Part shown: positions 43,401-56,400 of the stretch, in pieces
Position numbering within the stretch: the stretch's first letter is position 1
How the letters are laid out: each line of letters begins with the position of its first letter
DNA from: Eledone cirrhosa
Taxonomy: Eukaryota
Length of the DNA: 64,000 bases
Reading direction: 5' to 3'
Assembly: GCA_964016885.1 (NCBI GenBank)
Contig: OZ024748.1
Location: 37,324,001 to 37,388,000, forward strand
Made by a program: the position numbers and the translations under genes
Notes under the pieces: generated by a model
Seen by the model: only the letters and a program-made list of their open reading frames with translations
Told to the model about the DNA's origin: nothing
The model's database searches: none

Positions 43401-46400
43401 CTAGTGTGACAATGTTAGTGTCAGTGTTAACTACCTCTAGATATAGTATGACAATGTCAGTGTCAGTGTTAACTACCTCTAGATCTAGTATGACAATGTC
43501 AGTGTCAGTGTTAACTACCTCTAGATCTAGTATGACAATGTCAGTGTCAGTGTTAACTACCACTAGATCTAGTATGACAATGTCAGTGTCAGTGTTAACT
43601 ACCACAAGATCTAGTGTGACAATATTAGTGTCAGTGTTAACTACCTCTAGATCTAGTATGACAATGTCAGAGTTAACTACCTCTAGATCTAGTATGACAA
43701 TGTCAGTGTCAGTGTTAACTACCTCTAGATCTAGTATGACAATGTCAGTGTCAGTGTTAACAACCTCTAGATCTACTATGACAATGTCAGTGTCAGTGTT
43801 AACTACCACTAGATCTAGTATGACAATGTCAGAGTTAACTACCTCTAGATCTAATATGACAATGTCAGTGTCAGTGTTAACTACCTCTAGATCTAGTGTG
43901 ACAATGTTAGTGTCAGTGTTAACTACCTCTAGATCTAGTATGATAATGTTAGTGTCAGTGTTAACTACCACTAGGTCTAGTATGACAATGTCAGTGTCAG
44001 TGTTAACTACCTCTAAATCTGGTATGACAATGTCAGTGTCAGTGTTAACTACCTCTAGATCTAGTATGACAATGTTAGTGTCAGTGTTAACTACCACTAG
44101 ATCTAGTATGACAATGTCAGTGTCAGTGTTAACTACCTCTAGATCTAGTATGACAATGTTAGTGTCAGTGTTAACTACCTCTAGATCTAGTATGACAATG
44201 TTAGTGTCAGTGTTAACTACCTCTAGATCTAGTGTGACAATGTTAGTGTCAGTGTTAACTATCTCTAGATCTAGTATGACAATGTCAGTGTCAGTGTTAA
44301 CTATCTCTAGATCTAGTATGACAATGTCAGTGTCAGGGTTAATTACCTCTAGATCTAGTATGACAATGTTAGTGTCAGTGTTAACTACCACTAGATCTAG
44401 TATGACAATGTCAGTGTCAGTGTTAACTACCTCTAGATCTAGTGTGACAATGTTAGTGTCAGTGTTAACTACCACTAGGTCTAGTATGACAATGTCAGTG
44501 TCAGTGTTAACTACCTCTAGATCTAGTATGACAATGTTAGTGTCAGTGTTAACTACCTCTAGATCTAGTGTGACAATGTCAGTGTCAGTGTTAACTACCT
44601 CTAGATCTAGTATGACAATGTTAGTGTCAGTGTTAACTATCTCTAGATCTAGTGTGACAATGTTAGTGTCAGTGTTAACTACCTCTAGATATAGTATGAC
44701 AACGTCAGTGTCAGTGTTAACTACCTCTAGATCTAGTATGACGATATCAGTGTCAGTGTTATCTACCACAAGATCTAGTGTTACAATGTTAGTGTCAGTG
44801 TTAACTACCTCTAGATATAGTATGACAATGTCATGGTCAGTGTTTACTACCTCTAGATCTAGTGTGACAATGTTAGTGTCAGTGTTAACTACCTCTAGAT
44901 ATAGTATGACAATGTCAGTGTCAGTGTTAACTACCTCTAGATCTAGTATGACAATGTCAGTGTCAGTGTTAACTACCTCTAGATCTAGTATGACAATGTC
45001 AGTGTCAGTGTTAACTACCACTAGATCTAGTATGACAATGTCAGTGTCAGTGTTAACTACCACAAGATCTAGTGTGACAATGTTAGTGTCAGTGTTAACT
45101 ACCTCTAGATCTAGTATGACAATGTCAGTGTCAGTGTTAACTACCACTAGATCTAGTATGACAATGTCAGAGTTAACTACCTCTAGATCTAGTATGACAA
45201 TGTCAGTGTCAGTGTTAACAACCTCTAGATCTACTATGACAATGTCAGTGTCAGTGTTAACTACCACTAGATCTAGTATGACAATGTCAGAGTTAACTAC
45301 CTCTAGATGTAATATGACAATGTCAGTGTCAGTGTTAACTACCTCTAGATCTAGTATGACAATGTCAGTGTCAGTGTTAACTACCTCTAGATCTAGTGTG
45401 ACAATGTCAGTGTCAGTGTTAACTACCTCTAGATCTAGTATGACAATGTCAGTGTCAGTGTTAACTACCTCTAGATCTAGTGTGACAATGTCAGTGTCAG
45501 TGTTAACTACCTCTAGATCTAGTATGACAATGTTAGTGTCAGTGTTAACTATCTCTAGATCTAGTGTGACAATGTTAGTGTCAGTGTTAACTACCTCTAG
45601 ATATAGTATGACAATGTCAGTGTCAGTGTTAACTACCTCTAGATCTAGTGTGACAATGTCAGTGTCAGTGTTAACTACCTCTAGATCTAGTATGACAATG
45701 TTAGTGTCAGTGTTAACTATCTCTAGATCTAGTGTGACAATGTTAGTGTCAGTGTTAACTACCTCTAGATATAGTATGACAATGTCAGTGTCAGTGTTAA
45801 CTACCTCTAGATCTAGTATGACAATGTCAGTGTCAGTGTTAACTACCACAAGATCTAGTGTGACAATGTTAGTGTCAGTGTTAACTACCTCTAGATATAG
45901 TATGACGATGTCAGTGTCAGTGTTTACTACCTCTAGATCTAGTATGACAATGTTAGTGTCAGTGTTAACTACCTCTAGATCTAGTGTGACAATGTTAGTG
46001 TCAGTGTTAACTACCTCTAGATATAGTATGACAATGTTAGTGTCAGTGTTAACTACCTCTAGATCTAGTATGACAGTGTTAGTGTCAGTGTTAACTACCT
46101 CTAGATCTAGTATGACAATGTTAGTGTCAGTGTTAACTACCTCTAGATCTAGTGTGACAATGTTAGTGTCAGTGTTAACTACCTCTAGATATAGTATGAC
46201 AATGTCAGTGTCAGTGTTAACTACCTCTAGATCTAGTATGACAATGTCAGTGTCATGGTTAACTACCTCTAGATCTAGTGTGACAATGTTAGTGTCAGTG
46301 TTAACTACCACTAGATCTAGTATGACAATGTCAGTGTCAGTGTTAACTACCTCTAGATCTAGTATGACAATGTTAGTGTCAGTGTTAACTACCACTAGAT

Positions 46401-47425
46401 CTAGTATGACAATGTCAGTGTCAGGGTTAACTACCTCAAGATCTAGTGTGACAATGTTAGTGTCAGTGTTAACTACCTCTAGATCTAGTATGACAATGTT
46501 AGTGTCAGTGTTAACTACCACTAGATCTAGTATGACAATATCAGTGTCAGTGTTAACTATCTCTAGATCTAGTATGACAATGTCAGTGTCAGTGTTAACT
46601 ACCTCTAGATCTAGTATGACAATGTTAGTGTCAGTGTTAACTACCTCTAGATCTAGTATGACAATGTTAGTGTCAGTGTTAACTACCTCTAGATCTAGTG
46701 TGACAATGTTAGTGTCAGTGTTAACTACCTCTAGATCTAGTATGACAATGTTAGTGTCAGTGTTAACTACCACTAGATCTAGTATGACAATGTCAGTGTC
46801 AGGGTTAACTACCTCAAGATCTAGTGTGACAATGTTAGTGTCAGTGTTAACTACCTCTAGATCTAGTATGACAATGTTAGTGTCAGTGTTAACTACCTCT
46901 AGTTATAGTATGACAATGTTAGTGTCAGTGTTAACTACCTGTAGATCTAGTATGACAATATCAGTGTCAGAGTTAACTACCTCTAGATCTAGTGTGACAA
47001 TGTTAGTGTCAGTGTTAACTACCTCTAGTTATAGTATGACAATGTTAGTGTCAGTGTTAACTACCTGTAGATCTAGTATGACAATATCAGTGTCAGTGTT
47101 AACTACCTCTAGATCTAGTATGACAATGTTAGTGACAGTGTTATCTACCTCTAGATCTAGTATGACAATGTCAGTGTCAGTGTTAACTACCTCTAGATCT
47201 AGTGAGACGATGTTAGTGTCAGTGTTAACTACCTGTAGATCTAGTATGACAATGTTAGTGTCAGTGTTAACTACCTCTAGATATAGTATGACAATGTCAG
47301 TGTCAGTGTTTACTACCTCTAGATCTAGTATGACAATGTTAGTGTCAGTGTTAACTACCTCTAGATCTAGTGTGACAATGTTAGTGTCAGTGTTAACTAC
47401 CTCTAGATATAGTATGACAATGTAA
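14018..47425 (+). other. Repeat-derived open frame, 11,135 codons of (MTMSVSVLTTSRSS)n; probably not a real gene. The same frame holds ORFs 20..14011, 47426..50113, 50114..58123, 58124..61795 and 61796..>64000
   Basis: From the ORF track. It is pure 14-aa repeat with no unique terminus, signal peptide or domain, and the commonest variants (S/L, M/V, S/T, S/Y) are non-synonymous. The confidence value refers to it being protein-coding. Confidence 0.08.
19400..46400. repeat. Variant domain B of the array (periods 252 bp, 2.1-2.5 kb, about 6.6 kb and 16.6 kb; boundaries approximate)
   Basis: Markers first seen here: AACAGCC (19757), ATGATAATG (about 20472), CTCTAAATC (about 20544), GGGTTAATT (about 20871), TCATGG (21362). 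An offset of 16590 is shared by GACACTG (25814/42404), AGATCAAGTG (25211/41801) and ATATAGAATG (26141/42731). Confidence 0.8.
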
Positions 47426-50400
47426 GTGTCAGTGTTAACTACCTCTAGATCTAGTATGACAATGTCAGTGTCAGTGTTAACTACCTCTAGATCTAGTATG
47501 ACAATGTCAGTGTCAGTGTTAACTACCTCTAGATCTAGTGTGACAATGTTAGTGTCAGTGTTAACTACCTCTAGATCTAGTATGATAATGTTAGTGTCAG
47601 TGTTAACTACCACTAGGTCTAGTATGACAATGTCAGTGTCAGTGTTAACTACCTCTAAATCTAGTATGACAATGTCAGTGTCAGTGTTAACTACCTCTAG
47701 ATCTAGTATGACAATGTTAGTGTCAGTGTTAACTACCACTAGATCTAGTATGACAATGTCAGTGTCAGTGTTAACTACCTCTAGATCTAGTATGACAATG
47801 TTAGTGTCAGTGTTAACTACCTCTAGATCTAGTATGACAATGTTAGTGTCAGTGTTAACTACCTCTAGATCTAGTGTGACAATGTTAGTGTCAGTGTTAA
47901 CTACCTCTAGATCTAGTATGACAATGTCAGTGTCAGTGTTAACTACCTCTAGATCTAGTATGACAATGTCAGTGTCAGGGTTAATTACCTCTAGATCTAG
48001 TATGACAATGTTAGTGTCAGTGTTAACTACCACTAGATCTAGTATGACAATATCAGTGTCAGTGTTAACTACCTCTAGATCTAGTGTGACAATGTTAGTA
48101 TCAGTGTTAACTACCACTAGGTCTAGTATGACAATGTCAGTGTCAGTGTTAACTACCTCTAGATCTAGTATGACAATGTTAGTGTCAGTGTTAACTACCT
48201 CTAGATCTAGTGTGACAATGTCAGTGTCAGTGTTAACTACCTCTAGATCTAGTATGACAATGTTAGTGTCAGTGTTAACTATCTCTAGATCTAGTGTGAC
48301 AATGTTAGTGTCAGTGTTAACTACCTCTAGATATAGTATGACAACGTCAGTGTCAGTGTTAACTACCTCTAGATCCAGTATGACGATGTCAGTGTCAGTG
48401 TTAACTACCACAAGATCTAGTGTTACAATGTTAGTGTCAGTGTTAACTACCTCTAGATATAGTATGACAATGTCATGGTCAGTGTTTACTACCTCTAGAT
48501 CTAGTGTGACAATGTTAGTGTCAGTGTTAACTACCTCTAGATATAGTATGACAATGTCAGTGTCAGTGTTAACTACCTCTAGATCTAGTATGACAATGTC
48601 AGTGTCAGTGTTAACTACCTCTAGATCTAGTATGACAATGTCAGTGTCAGTGTTAACTACCACTAGATCTAGTATGACAGTGTCAGTGTCAGTGTTAACT
48701 ACCACAAGATCTAGTGTGACAATGTTAGTGTCAGTGTTAACTACCTCTAGATCTAGTATGACAATGTCAGTGTCAGTGTTAACTACCTCTAGATCTAGTA
48801 TGACAATGTTAGTGTCAGTGTTAACTACCACTAGATCTAGTATGACAATGTCAGTGTCAGGGTTAACTACCTCAAGATCTAGTGTGACAATGTTAGTGTC
48901 AGTGTTAACTACCTCTAGATCTAGTATGACAATGTTAGTGTCAGTGTTAACTACCACTAGATCTAGTATGACAATATCAGTGTCAGTGTTAACTATCTCT
49001 AGATCTAGTATGACAATGTCAGTGTCAGTGTTAACTACCTCTAGATCTAGTATGACAATGTTAGTGTCAGTGTTAACTACCTCTAGATCTAGTATGACAA
49101 TGTTAGTGTCAGTGTTAACTACCTCTAGATCTAGTGTGACAATGTTAGTGTCAGTGTTAACTACCTCTAGATCTAGTGTGACAATGTTAGTGTCAGTGTT
49201 AACTACCACTAGATCTAGTATGACAATATCAGTGTCAGTGTTAACTATCTCTAGATCTAGTATGACAATGTCAGTGTCAGTGTTAACTACCTCTAGATCT
49301 AGTATGACAATGTTAGTGTCAGTGTTAACTACCTCTAGATCTAGTATGACAATGTTAGTGTCAGTGTTAACTACCTCTAGATCTAGTGTGACAATGTTAG
49401 TGTCAGTGTTAACTACCTCTAGATCTAGTATGACAATGTTAGTGTCAGTGTTAACTACCACTAGATCTAGTATGACAATGTCAGTGTCAGGGTTAACTAC
49501 CTCAAGATCTAGTGTGACAATGTTAGTGTCAGTGTTAACTACCTCTAGATCTAGTATGACAATGTTAGTGTCAGTGTTAACTACCTCTAGTTATAGTATG
49601 ACAATGTTAGTGTCAGTGTTAACTACCTGTAGATCTAGTATGACAATATCAGTGTCAGAGTTAACTACCTCTAGATCTAGTGTGACAATGTTAGTGTCAG
49701 TGTTAACTACCTCTAGTTATAGTATGACAATGTTAGTGTCAGTGTTAACTACCTGTAGATCTAGTATGACAATATCAGTGTCAGTGTTAACTACCTCTAG
49801 ATCTAGTATGACAATGTTAGTGACAGTGTTATCTACCTCTAGATCTAGTATGACAATGTCAGTGTCAGTGTTAACTACCTCTAGATCTAGTGAGACGATG
49901 TTAGTGTCAGTGTTAACTACCTGTAGATCTAGTATGACAATGTTAGTGTCAGTGTTAACTACCTCTAGATATAGTATGACAATGTCAGTGTCAGTGTTTA
50001 CTACCTCTAGATCTAGTATGACAATGTTAGTGTCAGTGTTAACTACCTCTAGATCTAGTGTGACAATGTTAGTGTCAGTGTTAACTACCTCTAGATATAG
50101 TATGACAATGTAAGTGTCAGTGTTAACTACCTCTAGATCTAGTATGACAATGTCAGTGTCAGTGTTAACTACCTCCAGATCTAGTATGACAATGTCAGTG
50201 TCAGTGTTAACTACCTCTAGATCTAGTGTGACAATGTTAGTGTCAGTGTTAACTACCTCTAGATCTAGTATGATAATGTTAGTGTCAGTGTTAACTACCA
50301 CTAGGTCTAGTATGACAATGTCAGTGTCAGTGTTAACTACCTCTAAATCTAGTATGACAATGTCAGTGTCAGTGTTAACTACCTCTAGATCTAGTATGAC

Positions 50401-53400
50401 AATGTTAGTGTCAGTGTTAACTACCACTAGATCTAGTATGACAATGTCAGTGTCAGTGTTAACTACCTCTAGATCTAGTATGACAATGTTAGTGTCAGTG
50501 TTAACTACCTCTAGATCTAGTATGACAATGTTAGTGTCAGTGTTAACTACCTCTAGATCTAGTGTGACAATGTTAGTGTCAGTGTTAACTACCTCTAGAT
50601 CTAGTATGACAATGTCAGTGTCAGTGTTAACTACCTCTAGATCTAGTATGACAATGTCAGTGTCAGGGTTAATTACCTCTAGATCTAGTATGACAATGTT
50701 AGTGTCAGTGTTAACTACCACTAGATCTAGTATGACAATATCAGTGTCAGTGTTAACTACCTCTAGATCTAGTGTGACAATGTTAGTATCAGTGTTAACT
50801 ACCACTAGGTCTAGTATGACAATGTCAGTGTCAGTGTTAACTACCTCTAGATCTAGTATGACAATGTTAGTGTCAGTGTTAACTACCTCTAGATCTAGTG
50901 TGACAATGTCAGTGTCAGTGTTAACTACCTCTAGATCTAGTATGACAATGTTAGTGTCAGTGTTAACTATCTCTAGATCTAGTGTGACAATGTTAGTGTC
51001 AGTGTTAACTACCTCTAGATATAGTATGACAACGTCAGTGTCAGTGTTAACTACCTCTAGATCCAGTATGACGATGTCAGTGTCAGTGTTAACTACCACA
51101 AGATCTAGTGTTACAATGTTAGTGTCAGTGTTAACTACCTCTAGATATAGTATGACAATGTCATGGTCAGTGTTTACTACCTCTAGATCTAGTGTGACAA
51201 TGTTAGTGTCAGTGTTAACTACCTCTAGATATAGTATGACAATGTCAGTGTCAGTGTTAACTACCTCTAGATCTAGTATGACAATGTCAGTGTCAGTGTT
51301 AACTACCTCTAGATCTAGTATGACAATGTCAGTGTCAGTGTTAACTACCACTAGATCTAGTATGACAGTGTCAGTGTCAGTGTTAACTACCACAAGATCT
51401 AGTGTGACAATGTTAGTGTCAGTGTTAACTACCTCTAGATCTAGTATGACAATGTCAGTGTCAGTGTTAACTACCACTAGATCTAGTATGACAATGTCAG
51501 AGTTAACTACCTCTAGATCTAGTATGACAATGTCAGTGTCAGTGTTAACTACCTCTAGATCTAGTATGACAATGTCAGTGTCAGTGTTAACTACCTCTAG
51601 ATCTAGTATGACAATGTCAGTGTCAGTGTTAACTACCTCTAGATCTAGTATGACAATGTCAGTGTCAGTGTTAACTACCTCTAGATCTAGTGTGACAATG
51701 TCAGTGTCAGTGTTAACTACCTCTAGATCTAGTATGATAATGTTAGTGTCAGTGTTAACTATCTCTAGATCTAGTGTGACAATGTTAGTGTCAGTGTTAA
51801 CTACCTCTAGATATAGTATGACAATGTCAGTGTCAGTGTTAACTACCTCTAGATCTAGTGTGACAATGTCAGTGTCAGTGTTAACTACCTCTAGATCTAG
51901 TATGACAATGTTAGTGTCAGTGTTAACTATCTCTAGATCTAGTGTGACAATGTTAGTGTCAGTGTTAACTACCTCTAGATATAGTATGACAATGTCAGTG
52001 TCAGTGTTAACTACCTCTAGATCTAGTATGACAATGTCAGTGTCAGTGTTAACTACCACAAGATCTAGTGTGACAATGTTAGTGTCAGTGTTAACTACCT
52101 CTAGATATAGTATGACGATGTCAGTGTCAGTGTTAACTACCTCTAGATCTAGTATGACAATGTTAGTGTCAGTGTTAACTACCTCTAGATCTAGTGTGAC
52201 AATGTTAGTGTCAGTGTTAACTACCTCTAGATATAGTATGACAATGTTAGTGTCAGTGTTAACTACCTCTAGATCTAGTATGACAATGTTAGTGTCAGTC
52301 TTAACTACCTCTAGATCTAGTATGACAATGTTAGTGTCAGTGTTAACTACCTCTAGATCTAGTGTGACAATGTTAGTGTCAGTGTTAACTACCTCTAGAT
52401 ATAGTATGACAATGTCAGTGTCAGTGTTAACTACCTCTAGATCTAGTATGACAATGTCAGTGTCATGGTTAACTACCTCTAGATCTAGTGTGACAATGTT
52501 AGTGTCAGTGTTAACTACCACTAGATCTAGTATGACAATGTCAGTGTCAGTGTTAACTACCTCTAGATCTAGTATGACAATGTTAGTGTCAGTGTTAACT
52601 ACCACTAGATCTAGTATGACAATGTCAGTGTCAGGGTTAACTACCTCAAGATCTAGTGTGACAATGTTAGTGTCAGTGTTAACTACCTCTAGATCTAGTA
52701 TGACAATGTTAGTGTCAGTGTTAACTACCACTAGATCTAGTATGACAATATCAGTGTCAGGGTTAACTACCTCAAGATCTAGTGTGACAATGTCAGTGTC
52801 AGTGTTAACTACCTCTAGATCTAGTATGACAATGTCAGTGTCAGTGTTAACTACCTCTAGATCTAGTATGACAATGTTAGTGTCAGTGTTAACTACCTCT
52901 AGATCTAGTATGACAATGTTAGTGTCAGTGTTAACTACCTCTAGATCTAGTGTGACAATGTTAGTGTCAGTGTTAACTACCTCTAGTTATAGTATGACAA
53001 TGTTAGTGTCAGTGTTAACTACCTGTAGATCTAGTATGACAATATCAGTGTCAGTGTTAACTACCTCTAGATCTAGTATGACAATGTTAGTGACAGTGTT
53101 ATCTACCTCTAGATCTAGTATGACAATGTCAGTGTCAGTGTTAACTACCTCTAGATCTAGTGAGACGATGTTAGTGTCAGTGTTAACTACCTGTAGATCT
53201 AGTATGACAATGTCAGTGTCAGGGTTAACTAGCTCTAGATCTAGTATGACAATGTTAGTGTCAGTGTTAACTACCACTAGATCTAGTGTGACAATGTCAG
53301 TGTCAGTGTTAACTACCTCTAGATCTAGTATGACAATGTTAGTGCCAGTGTTAACTATCTCTAGATCTAGTGTGACAATGTTAGTGTCAGTGTTAACTAC

Positions 53401-56400
53401 CTCTAGATATAGTATGACAACGTCAGTGTCAGTGTTAACTACCTCTAGATCCAGTATGACGATGTCAGTGTCAGTGTTAACTACCACAAGATCTAGTGTT
53501 ACAATGTTAGTGTCAGTGTTAACTACCTCTAGATATAGTATGACAATGTCATGGTCAGTGTTTACTACCTCTAGATCTAGTGTGACAATGTTAGTGTCAG
53601 TGTTAACTACCTCTAGATATAGTATGACAATGTCAGTGTCAGTGTTAACTACCTCTAGATCTAGTATGACAATGTCAGTGTCAGTGTTAACTACCTCTAG
53701 ATCTAGTATGACAATGTCAGTGTCAGTGTTAACTACCACTAGATCTAGTATGACAATGTCAGTGTCAGTGTTAACTACCACAAGATCTAGTGTGACAATG
53801 TTAGTGTCAGTGTTAACTACCTCTAGATCTAGTATGACAATGTCAGTGTCAGTGTTAACTACCACTAGATCTAGTATGACAATGTCAGAGTTAACTACCT
53901 CTAGATCTAGTATGACAATGTCAGTGTCAGTGTTAACTACCTCTAGATCTAGTATGACAATGTCAGTGTCAGTGTTAACTACCTCTAGATCTAGTATGAC
54001 AATGTCAGTGTCAGTGTTAACTACCTCTAGATCTAGTATGACAATGTCAGTGTCAGTGTTAACTACCTCTAGATCTAGTGTGACAATGTCAGTGTCAGTG
54101 TTAACTACCTCTAGATCTAGTATGACAATGTTAGTGTCAGTGTTAACTATCTCTAGATCTAGTGTGACAATGTTAGTGTCAGTGTTAACTACCTCTAGAT
54201 ATAGTATGACAATGTCAGTGTCAGTGTTAACTACCTCTAGATCTAGTGTGACAATGTCAGTGTCAGTGTTAACTACCTCTAGATCTAGTATGACAATGTT
54301 AGTGTCAGTGTTAACTATCTCTAGATCTAGTGTGACAATGTTAGTGTCAGTGTTAACTACCTCTAGATATAGTATGACAATGTCAGTGTCAGTGTTAACT
54401 ACCTCTAGATCTAGTATGACAATGTCAGTGTCAGTGTTAACTACCACAAGATCTAGTGTGACAATGTTAGTGTCAGTGTTAACTACCTCTAGATATAGTA
54501 TGACGATGTCAGTGTCAGTGTTAACTACCTCTAGATCTAGTATGACAATGTTAGTGTCAGTGTTAACTACCTCTAGATCTAGTGTGACAATGTTAGTGTC
54601 AGTGTTAACTACCTCTAGATATAGTATGACAATGTTAGTGTCAGTGTTAACTACCTCTAGATCTAGTATGACAATGTTAGTGTCAGTCTTAACTACCTCT
54701 AGATCTAGTATGACAATGTTAGTGTCAGTGTTAACTACCTCTAGATCTAGTGTGACAATGTTAGTGTCAGTGTTAACTACCTCTAGATATAGTATGACAA
54801 TGTCAGTGTCAGTGTTAACTACCTCTAGATCTAGTATGACAATGTCAGTGTCATGGTTAACTACCTCTAGATCTAGTGTGACAATGTTAGTGTCAGTGTT
54901 AACTACCACTAGATCTAGTATGACAATGTCAGTGTCAGTGTTAACTACCTCTAGATCTAGTATGACAATGTTAGTGTCAGTGTTAACTACCACTAGATCT
55001 AGTATGACAATGTCAGTGTCAGGGTTAACTACCTCAAGATCTAGTGGGACAATGTTAGTGTCAGTGTTAACTACCTCTAGATCTAGTATGACAATGTTAG
55101 TGTCAGTGTTAACTACCACTAGATCTAGTATGACAATATCAGTGTCAGGGTTAACTACCTCAAGATCTAGTGTGACAATGTCAGTGTCAGTGTTAACTAC
55201 CTCTAGATCAAGTATGACAATGTCAGTGTCAGTGTTAACTACCTCTAGATCTAGTATGACAATGTTAGTGTCAGTGTTAACTACCTCTAGATCTAGTATG
55301 ACAATGTTAGTGTCAGTGTTAACTACCTCTAGATCTAGTGTGACAATGTTAGTGTCAGTGTTAACTACCTCTAGTTATAGTATGACAATGTTAGTGTCAG
55401 TGTTAACTACCTGTAGATCTAGTATGACAATATCAGTGTCAGTGTTAACTACCTCTAGATCTAGTATGACAATGTTAGTGACAGTGTTATCTACCTCTAG
55501 ATCTAGTATGACAATGTCAGTGTCAGTGTTAACTACCTCTAGATCTAGTGAGACGATGTTAGTGTCAGTGTTAACTACCTATAGATCTAGTATGACAATG
55601 TCAGTGTCAGGGTTAACTAGCTCTAGATCTAGTATGACGATGTTAGTGTCAGTGTTAACTACCACTAGATCTAGTGTGACAATGTTAGTGTCAGTGTTAA
55701 CTACCACTAGATCTAGTATGACAATGTCAGTGTCAGTGTTAACTACCTCTAGATCTAGTGTGACAATGTTAGTGTCAGTGTTAACTACCACTAGATCTAG
55801 TATGACAATGTCAGTGTCAGTGTTAACTACCTCTAGATCTAGTATGACAATGTTAGTGTCAGTGTTAACTACCTCTAGATATAGTATGACAATGTCAGTG
55901 TCAGTGTTAACTACCTCTAGATCTAGTATGACAATTTCAGTGTCAGTGTTAACTACCACAAGATCTAGTGTGACAATGTTAGTGTCAGTGTTAACTACCT
56001 CTAGATATAGTATGACAATGTCAGTGTCAGTGTTTACCAACTCTAGATCTAGTATGACAATGTTAGTGTCAGTTTTAACTACCTCTAGATCTAGTGTGAC
56101 AATGTTAGTGTCAGTGTTAACTACCTCTAGATATAGTATGACAATGTCAGTGTCAGTGTTTACTACCTCTAGATCTAGTATGACAATGTTAGTGTCAGTG
56201 TTAACTACCTCTAGATCTAGTGTGACAATGTTAGTGTCAGTGTTAACTACCTCTAGATATAGTATGACAATGTCAGTGTCAGTGTTAACTACCTCTAGAT
56301 CTAGTATGACAATGTTAGTGTCAGTGTTAACTACCTCTAGATCTAGTGTGACAATGTTAGTGTCAGTGTTAACTACCTCTAGATATAGTATGACAATGTC

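Larger units (their letters stand above)
1..46902 (-). other. Repeat-derived open frame of at least 15,634 codons of (VVNTDTDIVILDLE)n running off the left edge (absent from the ORF track); probably not a real gene
   Basis: Same frame as the - strand ORFs at 47029-63609. The leftmost stop is TAA at 46903-46905 and the first GTG is at 46773. I found no stop further left, and the track lists no terminated - strand ORF there. The confidence value refers to it being protein-coding. Confidence 0.08.

Noticed and set aside
1-46902. Ice-binding/antifreeze protein from the T-x-T motif in NTDT
   Set aside because: The motif is a trivial result of the GTCAGT hexamer repeat, and there is no other support for coding.
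1-47205. Frame +1 under TAG-only recoding (table 15, or pyrrolysine)
   Set aside because: In-frame TAA variants (TCTAATATG, CTCTAAATC) recur every 1-3 kb and would terminate it. Only a code reassigning both TAA and TAG keeps it open.
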